64,000 nucleotides of DNA from Saprospiraceae bacterium. GTDB lineage: Bacteria > Bacteroidota > Bacteroidia > Chitinophagales > Saprospiraceae. The notes under the pieces were generated by a model that searched no databases, was not told the origin of the DNA, and saw only the letters and a list, made by a program, of their open reading frames with translations. The translations under genes were made by a program, and so were the position numbers. The stretch spans positions 41,893 to 105,892 of the forward strand of contig CBDFMS010000018.1 of assembly GCA_965249735.1 (NCBI GenBank), given 5' to 3'. How positions within the stretch are numbered: the stretch's first letter is position 1; the number at the start of each line of letters is the position of its first letter. Of this stretch, positions 1-9,368 are shown one piece after another.

Positions 1-40
1 ACGCGAAAACGTTCGCGCTTCGGTTTAACCTCTAAACACG

Positions 41-71
41 GACGGGCATTGAGTAGTAGCCCATGCCCGTC
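41..71 (+). terminator. Stem-loop, possible terminator of an upstream (off-window) gene
   Basis: GACGGGCAT (41-49) pairs with ATGCCCGTC (63-71), 13-nt loop, followed by CAAGCTTTT. The T-run is short and offset. Confidence 0.3.
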
Positions 72-114
72 CAAGCTTTTCGCATAATTGCAAAAATGAT
101 TCAATTTCAAAGAT

Positions 115-363
115 ATGCAAAATGATACACTTGTCAGGGCGAAATACGCCTTGAATTCCCTCATTGACCAGCGCGCCACCTCATCAAGCGCGGGTCGGCG
201 GCAAATTATCCAGGATCTCGCAACCTTATGCCGCGTCACAGATCACCAGATATACAGGTACTGCAACTACAGGAAAGACGCTTCCTCGCAGATCCCCAGT
301 GACAACATGGTCATCATCGCCCGGTATTTTGGTGTGACGGTGGAGGCACTTTACCTCAAGTAG
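115..363 (+). CDS. XRE/Cro-like helix-turn-helix protein
   Basis: 82-aa ORF. The C-terminal segment IIARYFGVTVEALY fits the HTH_3 pattern. First gene of the replication module. Confidence 0.5.
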   Translation: MQNDTLVRAKYALNSLIDQRATSSSAGRRQIIQDLATLCRVTDHQIYRYCNYRKDASSQIPSDNMVIIARYFGVTVEALYLK

Positions 364-366
364 CCC

Positions 367-666
367 ATGCCTGTCAAGTCCTTCATATCGCTCACCGACG
401 ACCAGGTGGCACGCAATTTCTACGCGGCCCTTGTCAGCTTGATCAACAATGGCACGTTCCGCGATTACTTCCATGCGGCAGATAGGATAGGAGTCACGAT
501 CACCACATTATTGTCCTGGAAAGCAGGCCACAAAGTCAAACCACAGATCCTATCCGTATCGGCTCGCAGATTTGGTATCCATCCAGGATGGATCCACCTC
601 GGCATCGAGCCCATGGTCGTAGATCGCGACAAAATATTCCAGGTGGCCCGAGCCCTCAGCATATGA
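367..666 (+). CDS. Putative DNA-binding (HTH-like) protein
   Basis: 99-aa ORF starting 4 nt after the previous stop. HTH-like segment ADRIGVTITTLLSWKAG. Its stop overlaps the next ATG (ATGA at 663-666). Confidence 0.4.
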   Translation: MPVKSFISLTDDQVARNFYAALVSLINNGTFRDYFHAADRIGVTITTLLSWKAGHKVKPQILSVSARRFGIHPGWIHLGIEPMVVDRDKIFQVARALSI

Positions 667-3557
667 GCCGATATTCAAAAGATATCATCCAGAGCGTCAA
701 AGATGCTGCCAGCCTCGAGGACATCGTCCGGGAGCGTGTAGATCTTCGCCGCCAGGGTCGCTCGTATATCGGCGATTGCCCCCTTTGCAACAAAAAGAAA
801 CTTAGTCTCAACCCCACTAAAGGCGTAGTCAAGTGCTGGCCATGCGACATGAGTGCCACGCATGCGATCGCCTTTTTGATGAACTTCTATGAATTGGATT
901 TCGCGGAGGCTATCAGTCAACTGGCAGAGCGATATAATATACCTATCTCATCGTCGACGTCCACGCCGCCCGACGAGATATCATTTCGCGATGCACAGTT
1001 GCAAGCTTCCGGGATTCAGCTCACCACTGCACGCTACACGTCCGCTACAGTTGACAAAGGCTTCAACCTTGTACTCGCAGGTAATGACATGGTGCTCCAC
1101 TATCTAGGCCTACATGGAGAGGACATTATGTACACCAGTAAGACGCGAAAGAAAGATCAGCTCTACTATCGTGTGCGCTATCGTATACCTGCCCACCACA
1201 AGGATAAAAATGGGAAGCCCATCCGCTATGCCTCCCCATATGGTGCCAAGAGTGAGCTGTGGATCCCTGATGTCATTATCACAAAGTGCAAGGACAAGAC
1301 ACCGATCCCTACACTGGTCATCTGTGAGGGTGAAAAGAAAGCTACCAAACTCTGCCAGGAAGGCATCGATGCCGTAGGTGTATCTGGTATTCACAATTTT
1401 GACCCGGGACGGATGACCCTTATCTTCGAAGAGCTGATCCGGATCTGCCTGGTCGAGCGCGTGGTGTTCCTCCTGGATGCCGATTGGGAAGATCTATCGA
1501 TCCACAAAAGCCAATCTGTCGATTCACGGCCCCGATCATTTGCATCGGCTGTCACACGATTTCGCAACTACTTTTACGAGTATGCGATCAGCGACATCTA
1601 TATCAAGATTTACTTTGGATATCACAAAGCCAGAAGCGCCCAACTCAAAGGCATAGACGACTTCCTGGTCCGCAAGCTCCTGGGCAAGGAATCAGAACTC
1701 AAGGCTTCCCTGGACAAAGCTATCGTAGATCGTGAAGGGAAGAGCACACATCTGCAGCTGCACGATATCACATCATACCACGACTACAAGATCCGCGACC
1801 TGTGGCATCTCAACAATCGGCAGGACTTCCTGGCTCATCACAAGGATGCGTTGTCTGAGATCGAAGGCAAGTTTCGTCATGGTCGCATTGACCACCGGTG
1901 GAATCCTGATACAATGGAATTTGAGATCGCCCAGCAAATCATGCCATCGGAGGAGTATTGGTTTTTTGAAGAGATCCGCAAGCGAAAGGTGTGCCGGCTG
2001 CGTCATACCGGTGCTCGCAATTTTCTACGAAGCCGGGACTTCTACAAAGCCCTCATTCCAGGTCAACCCATGCGCTTTGTCCATGTAGACAACAAGATCA
2101 TCTCTGAGATCGATGAGACATACATCAGAGACTATGTCCTCGACTTTACCGAGTCACTCAATCAGCCCGACGTCCTGGAGATGCTCCTGGCATCAGAGCG
2201 GGCATTCATGAATAATAAACTAAAAGATATGTACCCCGTAGATTTCAAACCTCTGGGCACTGAAAAAGATGCTCAACTATTGGTGTTCAACAACACCGCC
2301 GTACGCGTAACCGAATCAGGTATCGACCTATTACCCCTGGGATCCCTGGGAGGATATATATGGAAAGATGAAGTCATCGATTATGCGCTCGAATACAAGT
2401 CTCAACTACTCACCATCAAAGAGGCTAATGGAGCGCTCACATTTGAGACCTATGACGCCAAGCGACTCATGTCGTGTCAGTTGTTTAGATTTCTTCTAAA
2501 CACCTCAAATTTTCATTGGCGCAAAGACAAGATGTCTCCTGAAGATGAAGCAGATCACATGCAACATCTGACGGCCAAGATGATCGCCATAGGTTATGTG
2601 CTGCACAACTACGAGGACCTATCGGCCACTAAAGCCATCGTCTGCATGGATGGCATCGAGAGTGAAGTCGGTCAGAATGAAGGCGGCACCGGCAAGTCCA
2701 TCTTCTCGACCATGTTTGAGCATCTCATGCCTACCAATGTCATCGATGCCCAGGGCAAGGATCTGACCAGTGATGCATTTCTATTTGATGGCATCGACGA
2801 GCGTACGCGCGTAGTCGTCCTGGACGACTGCCGGGTCAATCTCGATTTCAAATACTTCTATTCTAAGATCGCCCGGGGACTGATGGTCAACCCCAAGGGT
2901 ACTAAAAAATTCTTTTCTGGTATCAAAAAATGGATCTTCTCGACCAATCATTCGCTCGGTGGCAGTGACAATTCGACCAGGCGCCGGCAGTACCTCTTGG
3001 CCTTTTCTGATTACTACAATCAGGATCGTAGTCCGATCGATGATTTTGGATGTGTCATGTTTCGCGAATGGGGTGCTGAGCAATGGAATCTGATGTTCAA
3101 TTTATTCTTTTGCTGCGTCCAGGCATATTTAAAATACGGCTTTCAATATGGGATCCCGGAGGAAAATGTTCGGAAGCGATATCTACGAAAAGAAATTACT
3201 GAAGAATTTCTGGAATGGGCCATTGACTATTTCGGTACGCCGGAAGATCCACGTCAACATCACGTCAATCACAAAATAGGTCGATCGGAAGTTCATGAGG
3301 CATTTTATTCTGTGTGTTCGGCCATTACGAAGCGATACAATTCCCCGCGCCATTTTAAGCGTCGACTCTATCACTACTGTGACTATGCCGGTTTCAAATA
3401 TAATATCCGGCACGACTTATCCTACCGTATCAAGTCTGGCAGCGAAGAATATTATGTAGTTGCTGACAAAGACTGTCCGGAAAAACCGCCAAAACTCTTG
3501 GACGTAATCCTGGACAAATCTCATAAATCATTTTCCGACGAAAAAACTCCTTTTTAA
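663..3557 (+). CDS. Phage primase/helicase (CHC2 zinc finger + Toprim + P-loop SF3/D5-P4-type helicase)
   Basis: Track ORF 588..3557 trimmed to ATG 663 (ATGA coupling). Motifs: zinc finger CPLCNKKK..KCWPC; Toprim-like VICEGEKKATKL ... FLLDADWED; Walker A GGTGKS; Walker B VVVLDD. Confidence 0.85.
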   Translation: MSRYSKDIIQSVKDAASLEDIVRERVDLRRQGRSYIGDCPLCNKKKLSLNPTKGVVKCWPCDMSATHAIAFLMNFYELDFAEAISQLAERYNIPISSSTSTPPDEISFRDAQLQASGIQLTTARYTSATVDKGFNLVLAGNDMVLHYLGLHGEDIMYTSKTRKKDQLYYRVRYRIPAHHKDKNGKPIRYASPYGAKSELWIPDVIITKCKDKTPIPTLVICEGEKKATKLCQEGIDAVGVSGIHNFDPGRMTLIFEELIRICLVERVVFLLDADWEDLSIHKSQSVDSRPRSFASAVTRFRNYFYEYAISDIYIKIYFGYHKARSAQLKGIDDFLVRKLLGKESELKASLDKAIVDREGKSTHLQLHDITSYHDYKIRDLWHLNNRQDFLAHHKDALSEIEGKFRHGRIDHRWNPDTMEFEIAQQIMPSEEYWFFEEIRKRKVCRLRHTGARNFLRSRDFYKALIPGQPMRFVHVDNKIISEIDETYIRDYVLDFTESLNQPDVLEMLLASERAFMNNKLKDMYPVDFKPLGTEKDAQLLVFNNTAVRVTESGIDLLPLGSLGGYIWKDEVIDYALEYKSQLLTIKEANGALTFETYDAKRLMSCQLFRFLLNTSNFHWRKDKMSPEDEADHMQHLTAKMIAIGYVLHNYEDLSATKAIVCMDGIESEVGQNEGGTGKSIFSTMFEHLMPTNVIDAQGKDLTSDAFLFDGIDERTRVVVLDDCRVNLDFKYFYSKIARGLMVNPKGTKKFFSGIKKWIFSTNHSLGGSDNSTRRRQYLLAFSDYYNQDRSPIDDFGCVMFREWGAEQWNLMFNLFFCCVQAYLKYGFQYGIPEENVRKRYLRKEITEEFLEWAIDYFGTPEDPRQHHVNHKIGRSEVHEAFYSVCSAITKRYNSPRHFKRRLYHYCDYAGFKYNIRHDLSYRIKSGSEEYYVVADKDCPEKPPKLLDVILDKSHKSFSDEKTPF

Positions 3558-3559
3558 TT

Positions 3560-3916
3560 ATGGAAAATAATAGACCAATGTCTCCGGAATTGCAGGCCGT
3601 CGCCGACCAGGTTGAGCGCCGACCCATATTGATTAATTATGAAAAACTCAGATGGGTGACAGGTATGTTGCGTGTGTTGGAGTTGAGAGGAATCAGGCAA
3701 TTAATAAATATACTCGCTCGACATGATGAATTAAATCAGTCACAGCTGATTTCTTTACTTAAAGACGAGCAGTCAACCACCAGCCTACGATTAACACTTC
3801 TCCGCAGATATAAGATTGTCACGACCCGCCGGGATGGTAGATGGATTTATTACCAGATTAACCGTGTCCGAGTTGCAAAAATTAATTATTCCATCGATAA
3901 ATTTTTGAATTCATGA
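3560..3916 (+). CDS. Winged-helix (ArsR/SmtB-like) DNA-binding protein
   Basis: 118 aa. LNQSQLISLLKDEQSTTSLRLTLLRRYKIVTTRRDGRWIYYQIN matches the wHTH recognition helix plus wing layout. Confidence 0.5.
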   Translation: MENNRPMSPELQAVADQVERRPILINYEKLRWVTGMLRVLELRGIRQLINILARHDELNQSQLISLLKDEQSTTSLRLTLLRRYKIVTTRRDGRWIYYQINRVRVAKINYSIDKFLNS

Positions 3917-4146
3917 TAGTAATTAATCGAGACATGAAGCCCTACTTCCCGGTCTATAATAAGGATGGATTCTTAATTAATCCACCACCATATTATCATC
4001 CATTTAAAGGTCCGGAACGAGACGAGTCTGGACGACCTACGGGGCGGATGATTCCTTTCCCCAATAATCATGAGCGACGAAAACAGATCAGTATGGCTGG
4101 TCGCCGGAAAGGTCTGAGTAATATCACAAAAAAGAAATCAAGATGA
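3913..4146 (+). CDS. Hypothetical phage protein
   Basis: 77-aa ORF whose start overlaps the previous stop. Pro/Arg-rich, no recognised motif. Confidence 0.4.
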   Translation: MIVINRDMKPYFPVYNKDGFLINPPPYYHPFKGPERDESGRPTGRMIPFPNNHERRKQISMAGRRKGLSNITKKKSR

Positions 4147-4177
4147 CCAATCGCGCAATTTTTTTCATAGGTTTTTT

Positions 4178-4221
4178 AGCAAAGGGTGTGAGTATAGCCA
4201 TGATACTCACATGCCTTTGCT
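4178..4221 (+). terminator. Long hairpin, terminator-like
   Basis: AGCAAAGG/CCTTTGCT and TGTGAGTAT/ATACTCACA arms around a 7-nt loop, followed by TATTTAATT. Confidence 0.5.
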
Positions 4222-4247
4222 TATTTAATTAATTCAATATATAACTC

Positions 4248-4454
4248 ATGCCTGAGTCTGATATCAAACAGACCGTGAAGCTTCTCCTCGATGTGCGCAA
4301 AGATCATCGGGATATCTGGAACAAGAAATTAGCCCATGCCGAAATGACCGAGGCTGAGATAAGAAACCAATATGAAGCCATCAATAAAGCAGTGCGGATC
4401 CTCGAAGAGGTAGACCGGCAAAAAGGAATACAGTCCAATTTATTCGCCCAATAA
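4248..4454 (+). CDS. Hypothetical phage protein
   Basis: 68-aa helical, charged ORF following the hairpin. Confidence 0.4.
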   Translation: MPESDIKQTVKLLLDVRKDHRDIWNKKLAHAEMTEAEIRNQYEAINKAVRILEEVDRQKGIQSNLFAQ

Positions 4455-4462
4455 AGAGTATC

Positions 4463-4819
4463 ATGATACGCCATTTAATCAGTATAGCAATCTTCTTTTC
4501 AATAGTTAGCTGCGACATCGAGCCGTTACCAATGGGCGAGGATTACGTCAATTGTTTTGTCTATAGCAATTACACTTGTGACCAGGAGGTTGATGGCTGC
4601 ACGTGCGGCGCATACGCTTTAGAGCTTGGATCAAAAGGCGAACCCAATACCCTGGTAATGTATGACTACAATATTCACAGCCTTGTCAATATACGCGATG
4701 CCCGAGATCATTTAATCGAGTGCGAAGTCGTCGAGTGTGAAGGATCTCGGTTGGAGTTTTATGCTGATCTCGATAGGGAGTATTATTCAATTCAGATAAA
4801 AATAGTGACACCACAATGA
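4463..4819 (+). CDS. Phage-encoded putative lipoprotein
   Basis: N-terminus MIRHLISIAIFFSIVSC is a hydrophobic signal ending in a lipobox-like IVSC. The mature part is Cys-rich. Confidence 0.5.
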   Translation: MIRHLISIAIFFSIVSCDIEPLPMGEDYVNCFVYSNYTCDQEVDGCTCGAYALELGSKGEPNTLVMYDYNIHSLVNIRDARDHLIECEVVECEGSRLEFYADLDREYYSIQIKIVTPQ

Positions 4820-5031
4820 TCGGAGCAGAAAAAATGCGCGTTATAGCGCGACCAATTAAGAAAGCTTTGAATGACGAATATTGTTTTGCACTCCTGGTAT
4901 TCGAGAAAAATAAACCAGGTATGGGAAATTATCTGTCAGATGGCCCGCGAGCAAACATGATTAAAGCGATGAAGGAAACTGTCCGTCGGTTGGAAAGAAA
5001 TCAAGACGTTGGAACACCGGAAGAGAATTAA
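4816..5031 (+). CDS. Hypothetical phage protein
   Basis: 71-aa ORF whose start overlaps the previous stop. Confidence 0.4.
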   Translation: MIGAEKMRVIARPIKKALNDEYCFALLVFEKNKPGMGNYLSDGPRANMIKAMKETVRRLERNQDVGTPEEN

Positions 5032-5035
5032 TTAA

Positions 5036-5686
5036 ATGGCGCACAGTAGAAAAATATGGCAACCATATGAGCTCGAGATCATGAAGCAATCATTTGCAGA
5101 TCTCTCGACAAAGGATATGGCTGAAATATTGGACCGGTCAGTGTGCAGTATTATAGCATGCGCATCCAAATTAGGCTTAAAGAAGTCGGAGTATTATCAA
5201 AAATATCTGAGTTATAGATTTAAAGGGGACGAAGGAATAGCGTATCGATTCGCCAAAGGCCACGTGCCGGCCAACAAAGGCCAGGCAATGTCGGATGAGC
5301 ACCGCGAGCGCAGCAGACATACCTGGTTCAAAAAAGGACATCTTCCGGTCAACACTCTACAAGATGGAGCCATTCGCCTAAGACACAGCCACAAAAAAAG
5401 AGGAGTTCCGTCATACTATTGGATCCGAATATCCCAGGCGAATTGGAGACCTCTGCATGTCCATCTCTGGGAGCAAGCCAATGGTCCGGTTCCAAAGGGC
5501 ATGAACATCGTTTTTAAGGATCGAAACACACTTAACTGTACACTCGAAAATCTCGAAATGATATCTGACGTAGAAAATATGCGCCGCAATTCAATTCAAA
5601 ACTACAGTCCGGAGATCAAATCTCTGATCAGACTTAATTCAAATCTTAATAAAGCAATAAACAATGCCACGAAACAAAATCGGTGA
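5036..5686 (+). CDS. HNH-type endonuclease-like protein
   Basis: 216 aa. HVHLWEQANGPVPKGMNIVFKDRNTLNCTLENLEMIS resembles the HNH_3 core, though the usual second His is not obvious. The N-terminus is Myb/HTH-like. Confidence 0.5.
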   Translation: MAHSRKIWQPYELEIMKQSFADLSTKDMAEILDRSVCSIIACASKLGLKKSEYYQKYLSYRFKGDEGIAYRFAKGHVPANKGQAMSDEHRERSRHTWFKKGHLPVNTLQDGAIRLRHSHKKRGVPSYYWIRISQANWRPLHVHLWEQANGPVPKGMNIVFKDRNTLNCTLENLEMISDVENMRRNSIQNYSPEIKSLIRLNSNLNKAINNATKQNR

Positions 5687-5894
5687 TCTTCAAAACCACT
5701 TATTCGAACAAATAGAGCGGCTCAAAGATGACGAGCTCGACCTGGAAAAGGAGATACGTCGAGCTCGAGCTATCCAGGGCCTCGGCCAAACTCTTATTAA
5801 TTCTGCTAAAGAGGAAAATGTCTTTCTAAAAATGACGGGTGGAAAAGGATCCGGATTTATCCAGGCGAATCCTAAACAAATCGAAGGATCATGA
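5664..5894 (+). CDS. Hypothetical phage protein
   Basis: 76-aa coiled-coil-like ORF overlapping both neighbours. Confidence 0.4.
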   Translation: MPRNKIGDLQNHLFEQIERLKDDELDLEKEIRRARAIQGLGQTLINSAKEENVFLKMTGGKGSGFIQANPKQIEGS

Positions 5895-6226
5895 CACTCT
5901 CCCAGCGCATCATATTCATTTTTATCCAGGACCTCGGAGGTATGGCGACAAAGAAACTCATCGTCTCAGAATTTGACGGCTACTACCACGCCAATGCGTC
6001 GAAGCACATCGGTAGCATATTAGCGCGTATGGTGAACAATGGCACGCTTGAGCGCGTCAAGCGGGGCTTGTATATGATCAATAAACAAAACCCTACCGTG
6101 CACTCAAAAATACACCCGGAGGATCCTAATCAATTGCTGCTTTTTGAGTTACCAGAAACTAGTCAGGTAATTGGATCGCCCTTGCCTGTGGAGGATACAA
6201 TAGAAATGCACGACCAGGTTATTTAA
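5891..6226 (+). CDS. Hypothetical protein, possible winged helix
   Basis: 111 aa with ATGA overlap to the previous gene. Contains ILARMVNNGTLERVKRGLYMIN. Confidence 0.4.
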   Translation: MTLSQRIIFIFIQDLGGMATKKLIVSEFDGYYHANASKHIGSILARMVNNGTLERVKRGLYMINKQNPTVHSKIHPEDPNQLLLFELPETSQVIGSPLPVEDTIEMHDQVI

Positions 6227-6255
6227 TTTAAACTGGATTAACGAAACAATTGAAA

Positions 6256-6414
6256 ATGAAATTATATACAGGCAACTCATTCAAAAAGAGTGGTTTTCTT
6301 CTGAGATATCTAGAGATACTACCAACCATTTCTTTGCATTTCTACCAAGACTATCGGTTTGAATCTATTAGATTTTCTTGGTTTGGATTTACTATTGGTC
6401 TAGGTAGAGATTGA
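6256..6414 (+). CDS. Small ORF (52 aa), below the track threshold
   Basis: ATG 6256 to TGA 6412-6414 read by hand. It fills the otherwise empty gap 6227-6438. Confidence 0.25.
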   Translation: MKLYTGNSFKKSGFLLRYLEILPTISLHFYQDYRFESIRFSWFGFTIGLGRD

Positions 6415-6438
6415 ATTAATCAAAACAAATCAAGTACA

Positions 6439-7068
6439 ATGAAAACTTACATCCCTAAAAGCCTTATTAAATTACAGGCCATTGAATTCAACAACGACAA
6501 TATTAGTGAAGTCGTGGCGTGGATTAAAAAATACTATCGCTATTCCTCCATCGCCATTGAGAACAACCCTATGCAAAAGCTATCGGTCGAATATGGAGGC
6601 AACCGCGATAGGCAAAAAATACATATTCGTCCTGGATCCCACTTAGTAAAAGGAATAACCGGTCATCTATTTAAAATTAGATCAAGGCAATTCCATGAGA
6701 CATACATCGAATTGAATAAAGAAAATGCCAATCGCGAAATAATAAACCTAAGGAAGTATTCGAATATACTGTGTGAAGTAGCCGCTGAGTGGGGTCGCCA
6801 GGACGAGAAATGTGGCACACAAAATCACTCACCGATCGAGTGGATGCCTATACTTATGGAAGAGGTTGGCGAAGCGTCAAAAGAAGTGGTCGATTACCAT
6901 TTTAAAAATCCGGCATACGACTGTACCGTTGGATTCATACCACCGAATGAATTCCACCAACAAGATCGATTGTCCAGGTACCGAAAAGAACTGATCCAGG
7001 TAGCTGCAGTAGCTGTGTCTATGATCGAGTCCCTGGACCGAAATGAATTATCACAACCCAAACAATAA
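6439..7068 (+). CDS. MazG-like nucleotide pyrophosphohydrolase
   Basis: 209 aa. EWMPILMEEVGEASKEVVD and ELIQVAAVAVSMIESL resemble the all-alpha NTP-PPase (MazG) helices. Confidence 0.55.
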   Translation: MKTYIPKSLIKLQAIEFNNDNISEVVAWIKKYYRYSSIAIENNPMQKLSVEYGGNRDRQKIHIRPGSHLVKGITGHLFKIRSRQFHETYIELNKENANREIINLRKYSNILCEVAAEWGRQDEKCGTQNHSPIEWMPILMEEVGEASKEVVDYHFKNPAYDCTVGFIPPNEFHQQDRLSRYRKELIQVAAVAVSMIESLDRNELSQPKQ

Positions 7069-7071
7069 GCC

Positions 7072-7296
7072 TTGCCCTGTAAACGAATAGCTATACCAAG
7101 ATTGAAGAGATGCAAGTGCTCACCAATTCAAAAATATGGTTATCCAATTAAAATAGAAGGTAACGCAGTCTATGTCCGTGGCGAAAAGTATGGGGATATC
7201 ATTGAGTCCAATCATCCGACATACACGATTCGAATCGATAATGGAAATAGGTACATGACAGGTCAATTAGTAACCATAAAAATAATCGAGGCATGA
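7072..7296 (+). CDS. Hypothetical phage protein
   Basis: 74-aa ORF, tightly packed with neighbours. Confidence 0.4.
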   Translation: MPCKRIAIPRLKRCKCSPIQKYGYPIKIEGNAVYVRGEKYGDIIESNHPTYTIRIDNGNRYMTGQLVTIKIIEA

Positions 7297-7515
7297 AAAT
7301 AAATGATACGATCCCAAAAACAACCGTAATTATTCCGACAGCCGCGACGGCGTGGATTGATTTGAATTAAAAAATAATGTGATGAATATACCTATAGTAT
7401 TCGCAACGAAGATTTTAAAAGGTCTGTGGGTTGTGTCACCGATTAGAACGGTATTTGCCGCTCTCCAAAACCTGTATTTCGCTCTGACTGGTGAGGAATT
7501 AAAAATAAAATAACC

Positions 7516-7707
7516 ATGAAACACTTACTCAAATACTTCGGCATACTTATTCTGGCTGCCGCTACTATATACCTACTTGGGGCTTTTTGGTCTTGGGAAT
7601 TAAACCCCGGAAGGTGGGAAGAAGGTGGTAGGTATTTATATGTAGTGGTGTTATTCTTCTTCGGCGGATTGTTGCTGGCATTTCTCAAAATTGAAGATGA
7701 TGTTTAA
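7516..7707 (+). CDS. Small membrane protein
   Basis: 63 aa with two hydrophobic segments (ILILAAATIYLLGAF, YVVVLFFFGGLLLAFL). Confidence 0.45.
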   Translation: MKHLLKYFGILILAAATIYLLGAFWSWELNPGRWEEGGRYLYVVVLFFFGGLLLAFLKIEDDV

Positions 7708-7999
7708 TGAAAACCAAATGCCTTGTTCCTGCAGTGATTGCGGAGATTGGTTCGATCTTAACGACGGAGTTAGTCACGAAAATATAATATACTGCGAAAA
7801 CTGCGGAAATTATAAAAACGCCGAAGGTCAAAGAATGAAAGACATTGAATATCTGCTATTGGATTACCACAATGATCAAGTAGGATATAGGAATGCTTAT
7901 AGGCAATTAAAAGAATTGAAGTTCAATTATAACGCCTTAAAATACAAATTCGACGAGTATCTAACATCCCCCTTCAAGCGATTAAATGTTGAACCATAA
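7691..7999 (+). CDS. Zinc-ribbon-like protein
   Basis: 102 aa with CSCSDC ... CENC cysteine pairs. Confidence 0.45.
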   Translation: MKMMFNENQMPCSCSDCGDWFDLNDGVSHENIIYCENCGNYKNAEGQRMKDIEYLLLDYHNDQVGYRNAYRQLKELKFNYNALKYKFDEYLTSPFKRLNVEP

Positions 8000-8040
8000 C
8001 ACTTAAAATTGAAGATAATGAAACCACTAAAATACGAACC

Positions 8041-8412
8041 ATGTTAGGAGACATAAAAGGATTCGCACATATAAAAAATGAGACAAAATCGATTATTTCA
8101 CCGGCTCCATCGTCAGACTTTGAGGGTGAAATTGTTCGCGTTATTGATTGGGCGGTTGATGATTCCTCCGCTCTATGTATAAATCCGAAAGGAACTGCAA
8201 TTGGTGACATTCCTATGGAAGACATCTGTCGAAGTTTTAGGTGTGGCTCCCAAGGACCGGTTTTAACACCTCCGGGCGCTTCAATCACAGAACAAATATT
8301 TTATACAACAAAGGTTCTCCGCCGCAAAGGAGGGTACAATAGCATTTTAAAAAGATTGGTCGTCGCGGCTTCCCTATCCAAGGGAAAGTTTGATGATAGT
8401 ATTTTATTTTAA
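8041..8412 (+). CDS. Hypothetical phage protein
   Basis: 123-aa ORF, no recognised motif. Confidence 0.4.
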   Translation: MLGDIKGFAHIKNETKSIISPAPSSDFEGEIVRVIDWAVDDSSALCINPKGTAIGDIPMEDICRSFRCGSQGPVLTPPGASITEQIFYTTKVLRRKGGYNSILKRLVVAASLSKGKFDDSILF

Positions 8413-8424
8413 AGATTTATTTCA

Positions 8425-8559
8425 ATGGGCAAGAAACTGACAAAAAAAGAGCTGAAAAAGAAGAGGAAATATCACGAAAAACGTGTAGAATTTTATAACA
8501 AGAAATTGAAAGAATGCGAGGAGAAAAAAAAACGAATTGGTTTCAAATTTTATAATTAA
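8425..8559 (+). CDS. Small Lys-rich ORF (44 aa), below the track threshold
   Basis: ATG 8425 to TAA 8557-8559 read by hand: MGKKLTKKELKKKRKYHEKRVEFYNKKLKECEEKKKRIGFKFYN. Confidence 0.3.
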   Translation: MGKKLTKKELKKKRKYHEKRVEFYNKKLKECEEKKKRIGFKFYN

Positions 8560-8595
8560 CAATCAGTCAAGAGCTGAACTAATTTGGATATCAAT

Positions 8596-8817
8596 ATGAA
8601 TGATGAAATTAACCACGACGAGCAGAGAGAAGCAGATGTGCAAAAAGTTTGTAAGCAGTTATTAAATATTATGGTAGACGCAAACGAACACGAAGATTGG
8701 AGTTTTTGTCCAGTCTGTTATAAGAACTCCAATTATTGTGATTTTAATGTGTTAAAAATCAAACACAAGCCAACGTGCGCCGTACTAATCGCCAAAGATT
8801 TATTGACTGAAAACTAA
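8596..8817 (+). CDS. Hypothetical Cys-containing protein
   Basis: Track ORF 8584 starts at TTG; the first ATG is at 8596. Contains CPVC plus further Cys residues. Confidence 0.4.
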   Translation: MNDEINHDEQREADVQKVCKQLLNIMVDANEHEDWSFCPVCYKNSNYCDFNVLKIKHKPTCAVLIAKDLLTEN

Positions 8818-8821
8818 AACC

Positions 8822-9193
8822 ATGAACATGGTCGGAATAAAAGACTTGGGTAACTACTACGGAGGTTTAAACGTACAAGAAAAAGACGGGAAATACTATT
8901 GGATAATTGAAAATTATGACACCGACTTCTCAGACATTAATGAATGGCATGAGATATCGAAGGTTCTTTACTTGGAGTTATTAAATCATAACAAACCTGG
9001 GGCGATTCGGAGTATTAACACTTCACTACCTGCCGAAGTAGCTGAGAAGATATTAAAGGCGCGAGATGCTTTTGTTGCGGATGACATGCATGAAGTCTGG
9101 CATCAACTTTATTCAATAGCATCACCAAATTTTGACCAATTAAAACCTTGGAATGAATTAGAGCAAATTGTCGAGCAAAACAATAAAGATTAA
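8822..9193 (+). CDS. Hypothetical phage protein
   Basis: 123-aa ORF. Confidence 0.45.
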   Translation: MNMVGIKDLGNYYGGLNVQEKDGKYYWIIENYDTDFSDINEWHEISKVLYLELLNHNKPGAIRSINTSLPAEVAEKILKARDAFVADDMHEVWHQLYSIASPNFDQLKPWNELEQIVEQNNKD

Positions 9194-9197
9194 AAAT

Positions 9198-9368
9198 ATG
9201 GTAGAGGTCAAAGAATTAATGACGTGCACTTATTGCGGTAACAAAAGGGCCGTGGTGTTGACGGTAAAACGAACGAAATACAGTGAAACCCATAAGGTCA
9301 GTAGGTGTAAAGAATGTAAAGAGCAGAACACTTTGCGAGCTGTTCTAAAATTGAACTCGAAGAAATGA
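9198..9368 (+). CDS. Small zinc-ribbon protein
   Basis: Track ORF 9168 starts at TTG; ATG at 9198. CTYC ... CKEC pairs. Confidence 0.4.
   Translation: MVEVKELMTCTYCGNKRAVVLTVKRTKYSETHKVSRCKECKEQNTLRAVLKLNSKK

Noticed and set aside
588-662. Upstream start (588) of the primase/helicase ORF given in the track
   Set aside because: That extension overlaps the preceding HTH gene in another frame and encodes an Arg/Pro-rich string. ATG 663 forms an ATGA overlap with the upstream stop and begins the zinc-finger domain.
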